Below the pieces are notes generated by a model. That model was not told where the DNA came from. It did no database searches and saw only the letters and a program-made list of their open reading frames with translations. A stretch of DNA of 64,000 nucleotides, taken from assembly GCA_964035575.1 (NCBI GenBank), contig OZ037837.1:372001-436000 (forward strand). The letters are read 5' to 3'. Both the position numbers and the translations under genes were made by a program. This document shows positions 42,874 through 54,598 of the stretch, one piece after another (the stretch's first letter is position 1; each line of letters opens with the position of its first letter). The stretch comes from Rhynchopus sp. YZ270_cl-10 (lineage: Eukaryota).

Positions 42874-43235
42874 CTTCAAAAACTCTCTCTTTTTTAATTG
42901 ATTTGGTTGAGACACTGGTTCTGTGGAATCACTGAACCACCCATATCCTGTATCACATCGTTAACTCTTCTTTCCCTGCGTTGACTGCAGGAAAGCTCGC
43001 GAGCTATATCGCGACCAGGCGTATTTGCTGACTACTTCTTTTGGCTGAATAATAAACTCTGAAAACCCCACGCCCTGTACTTTCCTCTCACACCTGATAC
43101 TGACCGTCCGTCCTGTAAAGAACGTCTGGACTTCATAAGCAACTTAGCATGTGAAAAAAACGTTTCCAAAACTCACTCACTTTGCACCGTATGTGAGCTT
43201 GCAACCGTACAGAAGCAACAGTTGTAAGAGCACAA

Positions 43236-45317
43236 CTAAAACACATTGTTCGGTTCTGTATTGTCCTGTGCCTCAAGCACCCGGTAACAACCCTTGTGTT
43301 GCACAAGAACGTCTTCAAGTGCAGACGGCAGTGTTGTCCCTTCAGGAGGCTCGTACAGACACACAACCCCGTCACGCACAGCCTCCTCGCACAGCGCCCA
43401 ACTCCGACGCACAACATCCCCCATCACAGTCACAAAGCGCTGGCTCCGTGCACCAACATCCCCGTGCTGCACAGGGCCGCTTGCAAGCCCAGTACCGTTC
43501 AGTGCAGACTTCACAGACATGCGCTGAACAAACCGTATCGCGTTCTCCATGTGTGCAGGTGCAGAACGCGACACGTTCCACCCAACACACACACAGTTCC
43601 CAAGCAGCGTCACCAGACTCCCTCCACTCTGCTCCAGTGCCGTCGTCAGTGTCGTGAGTCGTGAACTCATCTGGTGAAAGGCTATGGTTTCTCCCACGTC
43701 ACCAACTGCAAGCTGTGCAACTCCCAGTATGCCCGAGGTCTGACGTGTGGAGACTGACAGGTTGTGTGTGGATGAAACAGACGACGCACATGCGGAAATA
43801 GTCATTGAATGATTGGCAGTTGGTGAAGAAGACTCGCAAAGTGGTGTTTCCCTTCGTCCCCCAAGTGAGGCAGGCCACAGACAGCACACCAACGTGTTCC
43901 CAGACACACCCTTCAAGTGAACTGCCTCTGGCACACCAGCAACAGCACTGCACGACCCAGAGACAGACGTCCACAGGTCAGAGGGAACAGCCACAGCACC
44001 AGGTGTGCATGTGCTCTCAAGGCGTGATGCAACGTTCACTGTGTGTCCGAAGTAGTCTGTCCGTCCCGTCAGTGTGTTCTGCTCCACAGTCACAGGGCCA
44101 GTGTTCACACCAATGCGCACAGTCAGACCACCCCACAGCGACCCCTGACGAGAACAGATGGGTGCATCCTCAAGCAGAGATGCAGGCCAGTCTGCTTCGA
44201 AAAGACGTTCCTGCACACGCAACCCAAACGCCACACCGTCGAAAGTGGATGCAAAGGCAATCATGAATGCGTCGCCAATGGTCTTCACCTCGTACCCACC
44301 ACACATCCGCATCACCTCACGCATCACAGTGTTGTGGATCTGCAGTCCAGCACGCATCCCCTCAGGTGCGTTCTCCCAGATCGACGTCGACGCACGGATG
44401 TCTGTGAACACAATCGTTGCTGTCTCGCTGTCAAGCCCAGGAGGTGCCACAGTCGGCTGCTGCACACCGTCCTCATCCACCTCAAACAGTGCAGCAGGGA
44501 GGTACGGACGGTACTTCCGCAGGTTCTCCTCCAAGTTCCGCAGTGCTGCTGTCATCCCCTCAGGCAGGTCACCCTCATGCGCCTTCAGCAGCTCCGCCAC
44601 CTGCTCCACGTCGTAGCCAGCCAGGAGTGCTGCAATTTCCTGCACAGCGTTGATCGTCCGCTCCATTGATGCCTGCTCCTTCAGTACCTCACGTGCGAAA
44701 CCACGTGTCACAATGAAGTCTATCACAAAGACAGCTACTGCAGTTATTAGGGTCGACGAAGGGAACGGCCTTGCACAGGGCAGCGTCTCACAGACAAACA
44801 TCTCCTCCCATAAACGCAGCCGTCCGTCCTGCTCTGTCATCCCAGGCATCTCGAAAAGACCAAACCTGAAGCTCTCCTCAACACCAAGCAACATCAGCCA
44901 TATGATAAAGAAACAGACAAGACCCAGACTGTACCGTGCGGGCACCTGCATCACAAGCAGCATGTCGATGATGAGCACGAGGAGAGGCCAGTGCGTCATA
45001 AAGAGAGCCCTCCCATTGAAATCCCACATCAGCAGTCCACATGTGATCACGTACAGCGTGCCCACAACTGTCCTTGTTGTCAACGGAACCCTGCACAGCA
45101 CTGCACAGATCGCAAGGCTGAGCCCAAGCAGCACCACCAGTGTCCCTGACAAAGATATCGCGGATGTCAGCTGTGCGTCATAATTGAACATCACGCTAAT
45201 CACATTAGCCCACCATCCCGCACAGGCAAATGTGAAGAACTGTGTGCGCAGCTTCCTCTTTTTGGTGCTCAGTGTCCCGTCCAAGGAGAGCACGCCATTG
45301 AGACACTGCATCCCCAT
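43236..45317 (-). CDS. Multi-TM class III adenylate cyclase with degenerate second cyclase-like domain (copy 1)
   Basis: About 6 N-terminal TMs; TIVFTDIRAST, YEVKTIGDAFM, VRIGVNTG, DYFGHTVNVASRLE (both metal-binding Asp, ATP-specifying Lys/Asp, Asn/Arg present). Confidence 0.92.
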   Translation of the reverse strand: MGMQCLNGVLSLDGTLSTKKRKLRTQFFTFACAGWWANVISVMFNYDAQLTSAISLSGTLVVLLGLSLAICAVLCRVPLTTRTVVGTLYVITCGLLMWDFNGRALFMTHWPLLVLIIDMLLVMQVPARYSLGLVCFFIIWLMLLGVEESFRFGLFEMPGMTEQDGRLRLWEEMFVCETLPCARPFPSSTLITAVAVFVIDFIVTRGFAREVLKEQASMERTINAVQEIAALLAGYDVEQVAELLKAHEGDLPEGMTAALRNLEENLRKYRPYLPAALFEVDEDGVQQPTVAPPGLDSETATIVFTDIRASTSIWENAPEGMRAGLQIHNTVMREVMRMCGGYEVKTIGDAFMIAFASTFDGVAFGLRVQERLFEADWPASLLEDAPICSRQGSLWGGLTVRIGVNTGPVTVEQNTLTGRTDYFGHTVNVASRLESTCTPGAVAVPSDLWTSVSGSCSAVAGVPEAVHLKGVSGNTLVCCLWPASLGGRRETPLCESSSPTANHSMTISACASSVSSTHNLSVSTRQTSGILGVAQLAVGDVGETIAFHQMSSRLTTLTTALEQSGGSLVTLLGNCVCVGWNVSRSAPAHMENAIRFVQRMSVKSALNGTGLASGPVQHGDVGARSQRFVTVMGDVVRRSWALCEEAVRDGVVCLYEPPEGTTLPSALEDVLVQHKGCYRVLEAQDNTEPNNVF

Positions 45318-45807
45318 CTCCCCCCCGACAGGTATCTGTGTTCTTGTGGAGGGGGTTTTTTTTTTTTTAAATCACCAAACGCTGCTCACAATGTTGAACG
45401 AAAGAATTTTGACAATTTTCCTGATGAAGATGTAGTGTGTGTGAGTGAGATGGGGAGCACGGGAGGGAAAAAGACGACTCGTGGATACTGAAAAATTTCC
45501 TTAGAAATGCATACATGTCTTATAAAAAATAAAAGAACAGAAACTTGAGTTGCCTCGTACATTACTTTTTGTGCACACACATCAGTGCCGACGAATCTTG
45601 TTTGCGCACCACGTAAGACTCTGTAAGGGGTAGCGCGGGACGCTATGTGGTAAACTGCCCATGGTATGTACATGTCTATGTACACGAGCACAACAACAAC
45701 AACAAGGACAGTAGCAACAAGTGCATTAAGAAGGACCCTGTTTCCTTTCATATTTCTTCAAACCCCCAAAAGACCCGAAAACCCCCGCATCCTGAAGTAA
45801 GGTACAC

Positions 45808-46016
45808 CCTCATCCTAATTAGGAACCCACCCTTGCCCTTACCTTTTATCACCCAAACCCCAAAGAATCATCAACGGAATGTGCCACGCAATAGTGAATT
45901 CCAACGGGGTCGGTTGACTCATTACTGGTGGTAAGTGGATTGATTATGTTGCAAAAAATAGATCTCAAATATCAGTATTCCCGCACACCCAGCCAACCCT
46001 CTCAACTCCTCCCAAT
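45808..46016. repeat. ~210-bp dispersed duplication (second copy about 54047-54252)
   Basis: Near-identical CCTCATCCT.ATTAGGAACCCACCCTTGCCC...CAACCCTCTCAA.TCCTCCCAATT. Confidence 0.85.
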
Positions 46017-46210
46017 TTTTGTACCCTGGGTACCTGGGTACTTGGGAAACCGCGTACGTTTTTGTTCGCGATAACACTTGAGTGCGGACTGGTTTCACAA
46101 AGGGTATTTCAAACCACCAAAAGTGCTGTGTGCTTTACTTGCAGTACGGACGAGGATAGATGCGATCAACAAACAACGAATAAACAAAGGGAGGGCATTT
46201 CATTTTTTTT

Positions 46211-46904
46211 TACCTACCCTCCCCCGTGCATAAGTCCGACCCCCATTACCCGTGCATAAGTCCGATTACCCGTGTATAAGTCCGGGCAGATTTGGGCTCA
46301 GGATCGGACTTATGCACAGGCCGACTTATACACCGGTTCTGTGTACTGGTGGTGGGGAGATTTTTTTTGGGGGCGTTTTCCCGCTCGCGAAGCGAGCGGG
46401 TGACAATTTTTGGGGTGTTTTTCCGCGAGCGAAGCGAGCGCAATTTTATTTTTATTGGCGGTGTGTTCACCAGGGATCATCTTCGCGCTTCTCATGTCAA
46501 AACATCATCCTCACAATTCTCAAAGATGTGAACCTATTACTGCAACATTGTGGAAAACTTTGCACCCCAAACAGTCTCAACAGCCAAAAGGTGCCCCTTG
46601 TTGCTGGGAGTTGGTTCTCATGTTTGATACCTGCAGCAGGCGTTCCTCTGAGTCAAACGCTGTTTTGCCTGCCTGCGGCGTTGAAAACGGTCGTTAAATT
46701 TTGCGGTGTCACATTCCCTCACGTGTGGGTCATTCACACTGAGGTCACGTGACACTGCGTGGGTCTGGGTACCTGGGTGCACAAAACCGGTGTATAAGTC
46801 CGATACCCGTGCATAAGTCCGAAACCCCGTGTATAAGTCCGGAGGCCCTCAGCCCCCCCAAAAATCGGACTTATACGCAGACTTATGCACGGGGGGGGTA
46901 GGTA
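46211..46904. mobile_element. MITE with TA ends and CATAAGTCCG repeats; contains a block also seen at about 61900-62140
   Basis: TACCTACCCTCCCCCGTGCATAAGTC ... GACTTATGCACGGGGGGGGTAGGTA. Confidence 0.8.
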
Positions 46905-47499
46905 TTTTATTTTTTGATAAATTGTTGGAGTAGTTTTAATTGACAATTTTCCAGATGTGTGTGTAATGTGTGTGTAATGTGTGTGAGTGAGATGGGGAGC
47001 ACGGGAGGAATAAAAAACGACTCGCAGATACTGAAAAACTTCACTAGAAACACATGTCATGCAGGGGGAGGGCGAAGGTGAGAGTATTACGCGTCCACTC
47101 GACGTTTGGACAAGAGATGGGGAGCACGGGAGGGAGAAAACGACTCGTGGATAGTGAAAAATTTCACTAGAAATGCACACATGTCTTCTCAAGATTAAAA
47201 TATCAATGTAAAGGGGGGGTCCAAATAACTATATTATCGGTAACTTTGAAAAGCCAAAATCGCGGCAAAAAAAAAAAAGTTATTTGGAACCTAAGTTATT
47301 TGGGGGTAAACTTATTTGGGCACTGAAAACAGGGTTTTTTCTCGTTGACAACTTGGTGAAGCTTTTAGACACGTAAGCACGACCGTAAGACGTAAGCAAC
47401 TTAGCTTGTGTGAAGGAAACTTTTCCAAAACTCACTCACTTTGCACCGTATGTGAGGTTCGTCGGCAACCGTACAGAAGCAACAGTCGTAAGAGCACAA

Positions 47500-49584
47500 C
47501 TAAAACACATTGTTCTGTTCTGTATTGTCCTGTGCCTCAAGCACCCGGTAACAACCCTTGTGTTGCACAAGAACGTCTTCAAGTGCAGACGGCAGTGTTG
47601 TCCCTTCAGGAGGCTCGTACAGACACACAACCCCGTCACGCACAGCCTCCTCGCACAGCGCCCAACTCCGACGCACAACATCCCCCATCACAGTCACAAA
47701 GCGCTGGCTCCGTGCACCAACATCCCCGTGCTGCACAGGGCCGCTTGCAAGCCCAGCACCGTTCAGTGCAGACTTCACAGACATGCGCTGAACAAACCGT
47801 ATCGCGTTCTCCATGTGTGCAGGTGCAGAACGCGACACGTTCCACCCAACACACACACAGTTCCCAAGCAGCGTCACCAGACTCCCTCCACTCTGCTCCA
47901 GTGCCGTCGTCAGTGTCGTGAGTCGTGAGCTCATCTGGTTAAAGGCTATTTTTTGTCCCACGTCACCAACTGCAAGCTGTGCAACTCCCAGTGTGCCCGA
48001 GGTCTGACGTGTGGAGAGTGCAATGTTGTGTGTGGATGAAACAGACGACGCACATGTGGAAAAACTCATCGTATTGTGTTCATCGTCAGTTGGTGAAGAA
48101 GACTCGCAAAGTGGTGTCTTCCTTCGTCCCCCAAGTGAGGCAGGCCACACACAGCACACCAGCGTGCTCCCAGACACACCCTTCAAGTGAACTGCCTCTG
48201 ACACACCAGCAACAGCACTGCACAACCCAGAGACAGATGTCCACAGGTCAGAGGGAACAGCCACAGCACCAGGTGTGCATGTGCTCTCAAGGCGTGATGC
48301 AACGTTCACTGTGTGTCCGAAGTAGTCTGTCCGTCCCGTCAGTGTGTTCTGCTCCACAGTCACAGGGCCTGTGTTCACACCAATGCGCACAGTCAGACCA
48401 CCCCACAGCGACCCCTGACGAGAACAGATGGGTGCATCCTCAAGCAGAGATGCAGGCCAGTCTGCTTCGAAAAGACGTTCCTGCACACGCAACCCAAACG
48501 CCACACCGTCGAAAGTGGATGCAAAGGCAATCATGAATGCGTCGCCAATGGTCTTCACCTCGTACCCACCACACATCCGCATCACCTCACGCATCACAGT
48601 GTTGTGGATCTGCAGTCCAGCACGCATCCCCTCAGGTGCGTTCTCCCAGATCGACGTCGACGCACGGATGTCTGTGAACACAATCGTTGCTGTCTCGCTG
48701 TCAAGCCCAGGAGGTGCCACAGTCGGCTGCTGCACACCGTCCTCATCCACCTCAAACAGTGCAGCAGGGAGGTACGGACGGTACTTCCGCAGGTTCTCCT
48801 CCAAGTTCCGCAGTGCTGCTGTCATCCCCTCAGGCAGGTCACCCTCATGCGCCTTCAGCAGCTCCGCCACCTGCTCCACGTCGTAGCCAGCCAGGAGTGC
48901 TGCAATTTCCTGCACAGCGTTGATCGTCCGCTCCATTGATGCCTGCTCCTTCAGGAGACCACGTGCAAAGCCTCGTGTTGCGATGAAGTCGATGACAAAC
49001 ACAGTCACAGCAACTATCTGACGGTTCAGACCGTAAATCCTGGTGGCGCAGGGGAGGTCTGTACACTGCTGTGCTCTCTCCATGTAGGCTGCCCTCTCCT
49101 CTTGTGGCAGGATACCAGGGATGTCGAGGATGCCAAACCTGAAGAAATCTTCCACACCCATGACAACGAAGTACACCACTGCGACACAGACGAGACACAT
49201 GCTGTGGCGTGTGGGCACCTCCATCACAAGGAGGAAGTCCACCACAACCACGAGCAACGGCCATGCAGTGTTCCCTACAGCACGGGCAGTGACGTCAGCA
49301 CCAAAAATTGCAAGAGCGTAGCTGTAGGCGATGAACACTATTGCGGGTGTGGTCAGCTTGACTTTGCAAGGCACCAGTACAGTGGCGTAGAGAGCAGCGC
49401 AGACTGAGAACACTCTTGTGGCACAATATAAGTACCGCCCTCGTGGGTCAGACAAGGCTTCGATAAAGCCAGTCATCATTGCCAACAACGCTGCAACTGT
49501 ATAGACGAAAAACAACTTCCGCTTATGTGTGTCCTTCTTGTCCAGTATTCCATCCAGCGACAGCACAGCATCCAGACAGCGCAT
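47500..49584 (-). CDS. Multi-TM class III adenylate cyclase (copy 2)
   Basis: Catalytic half nearly identical to 43236-45317; divergent TM N-terminus. Confidence 0.92.
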   Translation of the reverse strand: MRCLDAVLSLDGILDKKDTHKRKLFFVYTVAALLAMMTGFIEALSDPRGRYLYCATRVFSVCAALYATVLVPCKVKLTTPAIVFIAYSYALAIFGADVTARAVGNTAWPLLVVVVDFLLVMEVPTRHSMCLVCVAVVYFVVMGVEDFFRFGILDIPGILPQEERAAYMERAQQCTDLPCATRIYGLNRQIVAVTVFVIDFIATRGFARGLLKEQASMERTINAVQEIAALLAGYDVEQVAELLKAHEGDLPEGMTAALRNLEENLRKYRPYLPAALFEVDEDGVQQPTVAPPGLDSETATIVFTDIRASTSIWENAPEGMRAGLQIHNTVMREVMRMCGGYEVKTIGDAFMIAFASTFDGVAFGLRVQERLFEADWPASLLEDAPICSRQGSLWGGLTVRIGVNTGPVTVEQNTLTGRTDYFGHTVNVASRLESTCTPGAVAVPSDLWTSVSGLCSAVAGVSEAVHLKGVSGSTLVCCVWPASLGGRRKTPLCESSSPTDDEHNTMSFSTCASSVSSTHNIALSTRQTSGTLGVAQLAVGDVGQKIAFNQMSSRLTTLTTALEQSGGSLVTLLGNCVCVGWNVSRSAPAHMENAIRFVQRMSVKSALNGAGLASGPVQHGDVGARSQRFVTVMGDVVRRSWALCEEAVRDGVVCLYEPPEGTTLPSALEDVLVQHKGCYRVLEAQDNTEQNNVF

Positions 49585-49879
49585 TATGTTCGTGTGTTTT
49601 TGTGGAAACAGATTTTCCTGTGTCTGTGTAACATGTGTGTTCTTTGTAACACTGAATAAGCAAGAAAGCCCAAAGAGGGTAGTTTGACAGGATCAAGGTG
49701 CGCAAATGTACGTACGAATCTGTTCTTCTTATATGCACGGGTGCGAGAGAAGTGAATAATGCTGTGTTTCGGGGCGCACGTAGTACATAGTCAGAAATGA
49801 CCCAAAAAAAATGGATCAATTTCGACGAAATATTGTTTTGATATGTTTTGATTGATGTGAAGTAGCCACCGAAAAACAT

Positions 49880-49946
49880 TCTCTTTTTGGTGCTCAAGTG
49901 TCCCGTCCAGGAGAGCACGCCATTGAGACACTGTATCCCCATCTCC
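49880..49946 (-). pseudogene. Frameshifted remnant of the 5' end of a third cyclase copy
   Basis: Matches about 45256-45321 (MGIQCLNGVLS.. versus MGMQCLNGVLS..) with indels. Confidence 0.7.
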
Positions 49947-50766
49947 CGGAAGGACAAAAAGGAGACAATGTCCCAGGGGGGTGGATATAAAACTAGCGTC
50001 GAACAAAAGCCTATGGAGGCTACGCTAAATCTCGTAAAAATCGCAAAACCTGAAAAAACCTGCAGAATTTTTGGGGCTTTTTTAGGCAAAAAATAGTGAG
50101 GGGAGTTGGGTCCAGTCATAGGGGGCATAGCATATTTTTTGTAAAATTCTTCAAAAAAACGAGGATTTTTGCTGGGCACAATGCAAATTTCAGAAAAATC
50201 CCAATTTTCGACTGGTCATATTTGGAGCAAATTATGGCCCACCCACCCCGATTTTGTGTCAAAAACCGACTTTGCTCAGAAGTTGTGAGAGGTCCTCCCC
50301 TACACTTATTTTCATAAAAGTGGATCTGGTGGCGACTTGCAGAGCAGTCGTTGCGACACCGCGACAGAGGTTCCAATTCCATTAGCTATTTCCCTGTTCA
50401 AGGCTACCAATCCGACACAAACCACACGATGGAGTGGCCGGACCCTATTGGCCGGACCCCGAGTCAGCCCGGCGGACTCGGGGTGAGCGCTCAGTCCGGA
50501 TTGGACTGAGTACCCCGCGCGGACCCTATTTAGGGTACCCCGGTGCGTTGCACCACAACCGAGTGTGAGCAATGACACAAGGGGGTATGACTAGTTGCAT
50601 GACAAGACTAAATAATGACAAGGGCCTAACGCCACTCATTATATACAGGAGTCTTGTCGTTAGTTAGTCTTGTCATGTAACTGGTCATGCACCTTGTCAT
50701 GGCACATGTCACTTTACATGTAAAGTACATGTAAAAAAAGTTACATGGAAAGCACATGTAAAAGCG

Positions 50767-51079
50767 CATGTCATGTCATGTCATGTCATGTCATGTCATG
50801 TCATGTCATGTCATGTCATGTCATGTCATGTCATGTCATGTCATGTCATGTCATGTCATGTCATGTCATGTCATGTCATGTCATGTCATGTCATGTCATG
50901 TCATGTCATGTCATGTCATGTCATGTCATGTCATGTCATGTCATGTCATGTCATGTCATGTCATGTCATGTCATGTCATGTCATGTCATGTCATGTCATG
51001 TCATGTCATGTCATGTCATGTCATGTCATGTCATGTCATGTCATGTCATGTCATGTCATGTCATGTCATGTCATGTCAT
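50767..51079. repeat. (TCATG)n microsatellite, about 62 units
   Basis: Perfect pentamer array. Confidence 0.98.
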
Positions 51080-51099
51080 TTTACTTCACCGTCGTGTAT

Positions 51100-52860
51100 A
51101 CTCCGGACACGGATACCCACACAGAATACACGGTTACCCAGACATCTGTCAGGCAATCACTGATTCACTTAACACAGGTCGGGCAGGTGCTGCCTGCCCA
51201 TCCTCTTTTTCCTGTCTGCTATCGATTCCAGGTTCACAAGGGATACACAAAACCACACAAAGCGCGATCGCGCTTCTTCGGCAAAGTGTCGAAATCAGTG
51301 CGTCACACGGCCCCTCTAAGCCAGTGATGGCCGCAGACGTGTATGCGTCTGCGGACGCTGCAGGTTTTCTCTTAGTGGCTAAGCCAGGGGACCTGAGGTT
51401 CAACACCGTTGGGGGCGGGAAAGTGTCGGGGACACTGTATGGGCGGTTCTACGACAAGTCCGCTCTAAAACCCTTGTAGACGCGGTGGAATGACAGTAAA
51501 GGCAAAGTGCCGCATCCACTAGTGGGCCTGCCGAAGGTGTCCTCATTGGTGATGGGAGACTGGGTCTAGGAAACCGAGAAAAGGCGACGTGTGGTGTATT
51601 AGGTGCCCGCATGCAAATGTGGACTCTGAAGAAGATAAAGAAGACGAGGCACATGCGGGGGCAGTGCTATAGTCGAGTCTACGACCGGGCGTGTCTAGTA
51701 CAGGGCTATTGTAGACTGAGCTGCAAGACCAAGGGTAGGAATTGGGCATTGCCATCTCTGAAAGTCATACGAGGTATTTTTTTTCAAAGGGAGGGACCGG
51801 GTGAGGCAGTGACGGCAGATCTGATCCATCATTTACGCCAGAATAATTTCCCTTAACTTTGATCACTCCCCGACCCATTGATGGGCACCTAAGCGCATGA
51901 CATTGGTCACTACGATCCAAATACGGACTAAAGGTGACCACGTTGTCTTGGTTTAGCTGTATGCAAACACAATTACCCTACACAATGCCTGGGTACCAAA
52001 GCCCGCCTGCCCTGGGACAGGGCTGCGGACACCCCGTCACTTTCCGTGGACTTTGACTGGAGCCGGCTCCCCTCGAGGGCGCCTCCGTCGTGGAAATACG
52101 GCCCTGAGCGACACACTGCTTTTCTTGCGTGGCTGAGGTCTGTTGAGGACAGCAACAGTTGCATCAGCAACATTGAGCTGGGTATTAGCTTTGAGGTATA
52201 CTCAGGCATCTCGCTGCGACAGTGCAAACAGGTCGCCCATGCCCTGTCTGTGCGTGAGCGGGGGAAGGCGATGTCCCTCTGGCTTCGATGGTTCCGGAAG
52301 CACTGCGCCGAGAACAAGCTGGACTGCCCCGTTCCCGGAGAGAAAAGTGACGATGCTGCACTGCCTACGGCCTATCGGTGCACCTCCGGTCTGGTGGGCA
52401 CACTCCACGTGCCAAACTCTGCGCCGGCAGCATCGCCACTATCCTGAAGTACCTGACGAGGTCCATCAGTTCCCTCTCCGACCGTGACTGGGGCACCTGC
52501 CCCCTCCCCGCCTACAACACCACCATCACTGCGCGTGCCGCTCAGTGGACCTCGCCCTGACGACGCCTGCGTAACAATACCGCCACCCCTGCCACCCCTA
52601 CAAGCCTTGTTCGACGGGGAACGCCAAGGCAGTGCATCACCATCGTGACCCCTCCCGTACTACCAGAACCTGAGCCGCCTGCACTGCCTGATACAGTGCC
52701 CGACAAACCACCCACAGGTGACCCTGAGCCTGGTCCCACCGCCACAAAAGGGCGTCAATCAAAAAGAAAACGCTCAACTTCCCCCGAGCATGAAACAAGA
52801 ATAAAGCGGACTAGAACCGCCTACCCACAACGTCTGCTTCGCCCCCATCGATTTTCATTT
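51100..52860 (+). mobile_element. Possible degenerate retroelement/transposon coding remnant
   Basis: GC-rich, protein-like but stop-interrupted plus-strand frames (e.g. 52046-52447), opposite to all host genes; no diagnostic motif recognised. Confidence 0.3.
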
Positions 52861-53394
52861 TTTGGGCAGAGAAGTGCGTTTTAGGCGCCCACAGATGGTC
52901 AAAACATCAAAATTTTTGTGTTTTTGGCATCTGGACACCCAAGGACCCACTATCAGGGGTGAATTTTTTTTGCCTGAGATTTGCCTTTGCCAAAATCGGA
53001 AAAAAAAAATTATGAAGGAAATTGCTAAGAAAAAGTCGAAATTGTGGGCCCCTGTAGTGCATATGGCGGTACCCCAGATCGTCAAAACACCCGACTCTTG
53101 CGTTTTTTTTGCACTTTTTGGTGCACAAAAACCCTACTCAGGGGTCAAAATTTTCCCGGAAAAAAAAATTTTTTTTTTTGAGATTTTTCAAAAATCGACT
53201 TGTCTTTGGTAAAAACCACGAAATTTCGGGTTCGCAAAACCACGTTTTAGACCCCCACAGATGCTCAAAAGTGCCAAATTTTGCTTTAAATGGCCTCAAA
53301 TCGTCGAAATTAGCCCTATTTTGGGGCGAAAAAAAAAATTCGAGAGTCCCTTTCCCTGGGAGACAATAGCCAGAAATCTGAGAAAAAAAAAAAA

Positions 53395-53570
53395 CTGGCC
53401 AGATTTCCAGATCTGGCCAGATCTGGGGGGTTTTTTTTTTTTTTGAAAAAAAAATTTTCCCAGATTCCCAGATCTGGCCAGATCTGGCCAGATCTGGAAA
53501 CAAGATCTCCACATCTGGAAACCGAGCCAGATCTGGGAAATTGGCCCCCAAATCTGGCCAGATCTGGCAG
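53395..53570. repeat. Cluster of palindromic CCAGATCTGG repeats, likely transposon subterminal repeats
   Basis: Ten or more CAGATCT(GG) variants. Confidence 0.8.
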
Positions 53571-54598
53571 CATCCGTGTTGAAAAAGTAGTTGTCAAATT
53601 TTTCAAAAAAAAAAAATTTTTTTGAAAAAATTTTTCTCGACATCTACTTTTCCAAGCCTGGGAAAATACCGGTAGGGGTACGTCGTAGAGTAAAAACCAA
53701 TGCAGGAAAATACCAGTAAAATATCAGTTTTTCTCAGGCTTGGAAAAGTAGTTGTCGAAAAAAAAATTTTGGGAAAAAAAAATTTTTTTTTTCGACAACT
53801 ACTTTTCCCAGCTTGGAAAAAAAACTGATATTTACTGGTATTGACTGGTATTAACTGAGATTTGACGTAGCCTCCTATTATTTTCAAAAGCCGTCCAGAA
53901 GTGTTACACACCTCGTCCCAATGTCTACTGAAACGTTTCCTTTTCGTTTTCCTTTTGGATTGCCCCAAACCCCCAACCCAAACAGCCCGTATCCTGCAGA
54001 CGGTGGTGGAGAAGTAGAGCACAAAAGGGGAATATGGATGTCCTCACCTCATCCTGATTAGGAACCCACCCTTGCCCTTACCTTTTATCACCCAAACCCC
54101 AAAGAATCATCAACGGAATGTGCCACGCAATAGTGAATTCCAACGGGGTCGGTTGATTCATTACTGGTGGTAAGTGGATTATGTTGCCAAAAATAGATCT
54201 CAAATATCAGTATTCCCGCACACCCAGCCAACCCTCTCAAATCCTCCCAATTGTATCTTATCCAACTCATCCCAACAAACCCCACCACCTCACTCTGTCA
54301 CTCCCTCACAAAAAGACAAACCCCCTTTTGTGCTTCACTCCTTCTTTTCTTCCCTTCCCACCCTTTTTGCTAGTGTCGTCGTTCGCAACAGCAGCAACAG
54401 CAATGGTGTTGTCAGTTGGCGGTGCACATAAGTCGCACCTGTTTCGCTTGACAGGGTTGCACCACGTTCTCCTTGCAGACCTGCTGCAACCTGCAGCCTC
54501 TGCCACATGGGCACCTCAGGCACGCTTCAGGCATAGTGCAGAGCAGCTGTGCAGCAGACGAGAAGATGCACAACAACAACTGCTGCAAAGCGAGCTTC

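Noticed and set aside
50745..51079. (MSCHV)n ORFs
   Set aside because: Translation of (TCATG)n
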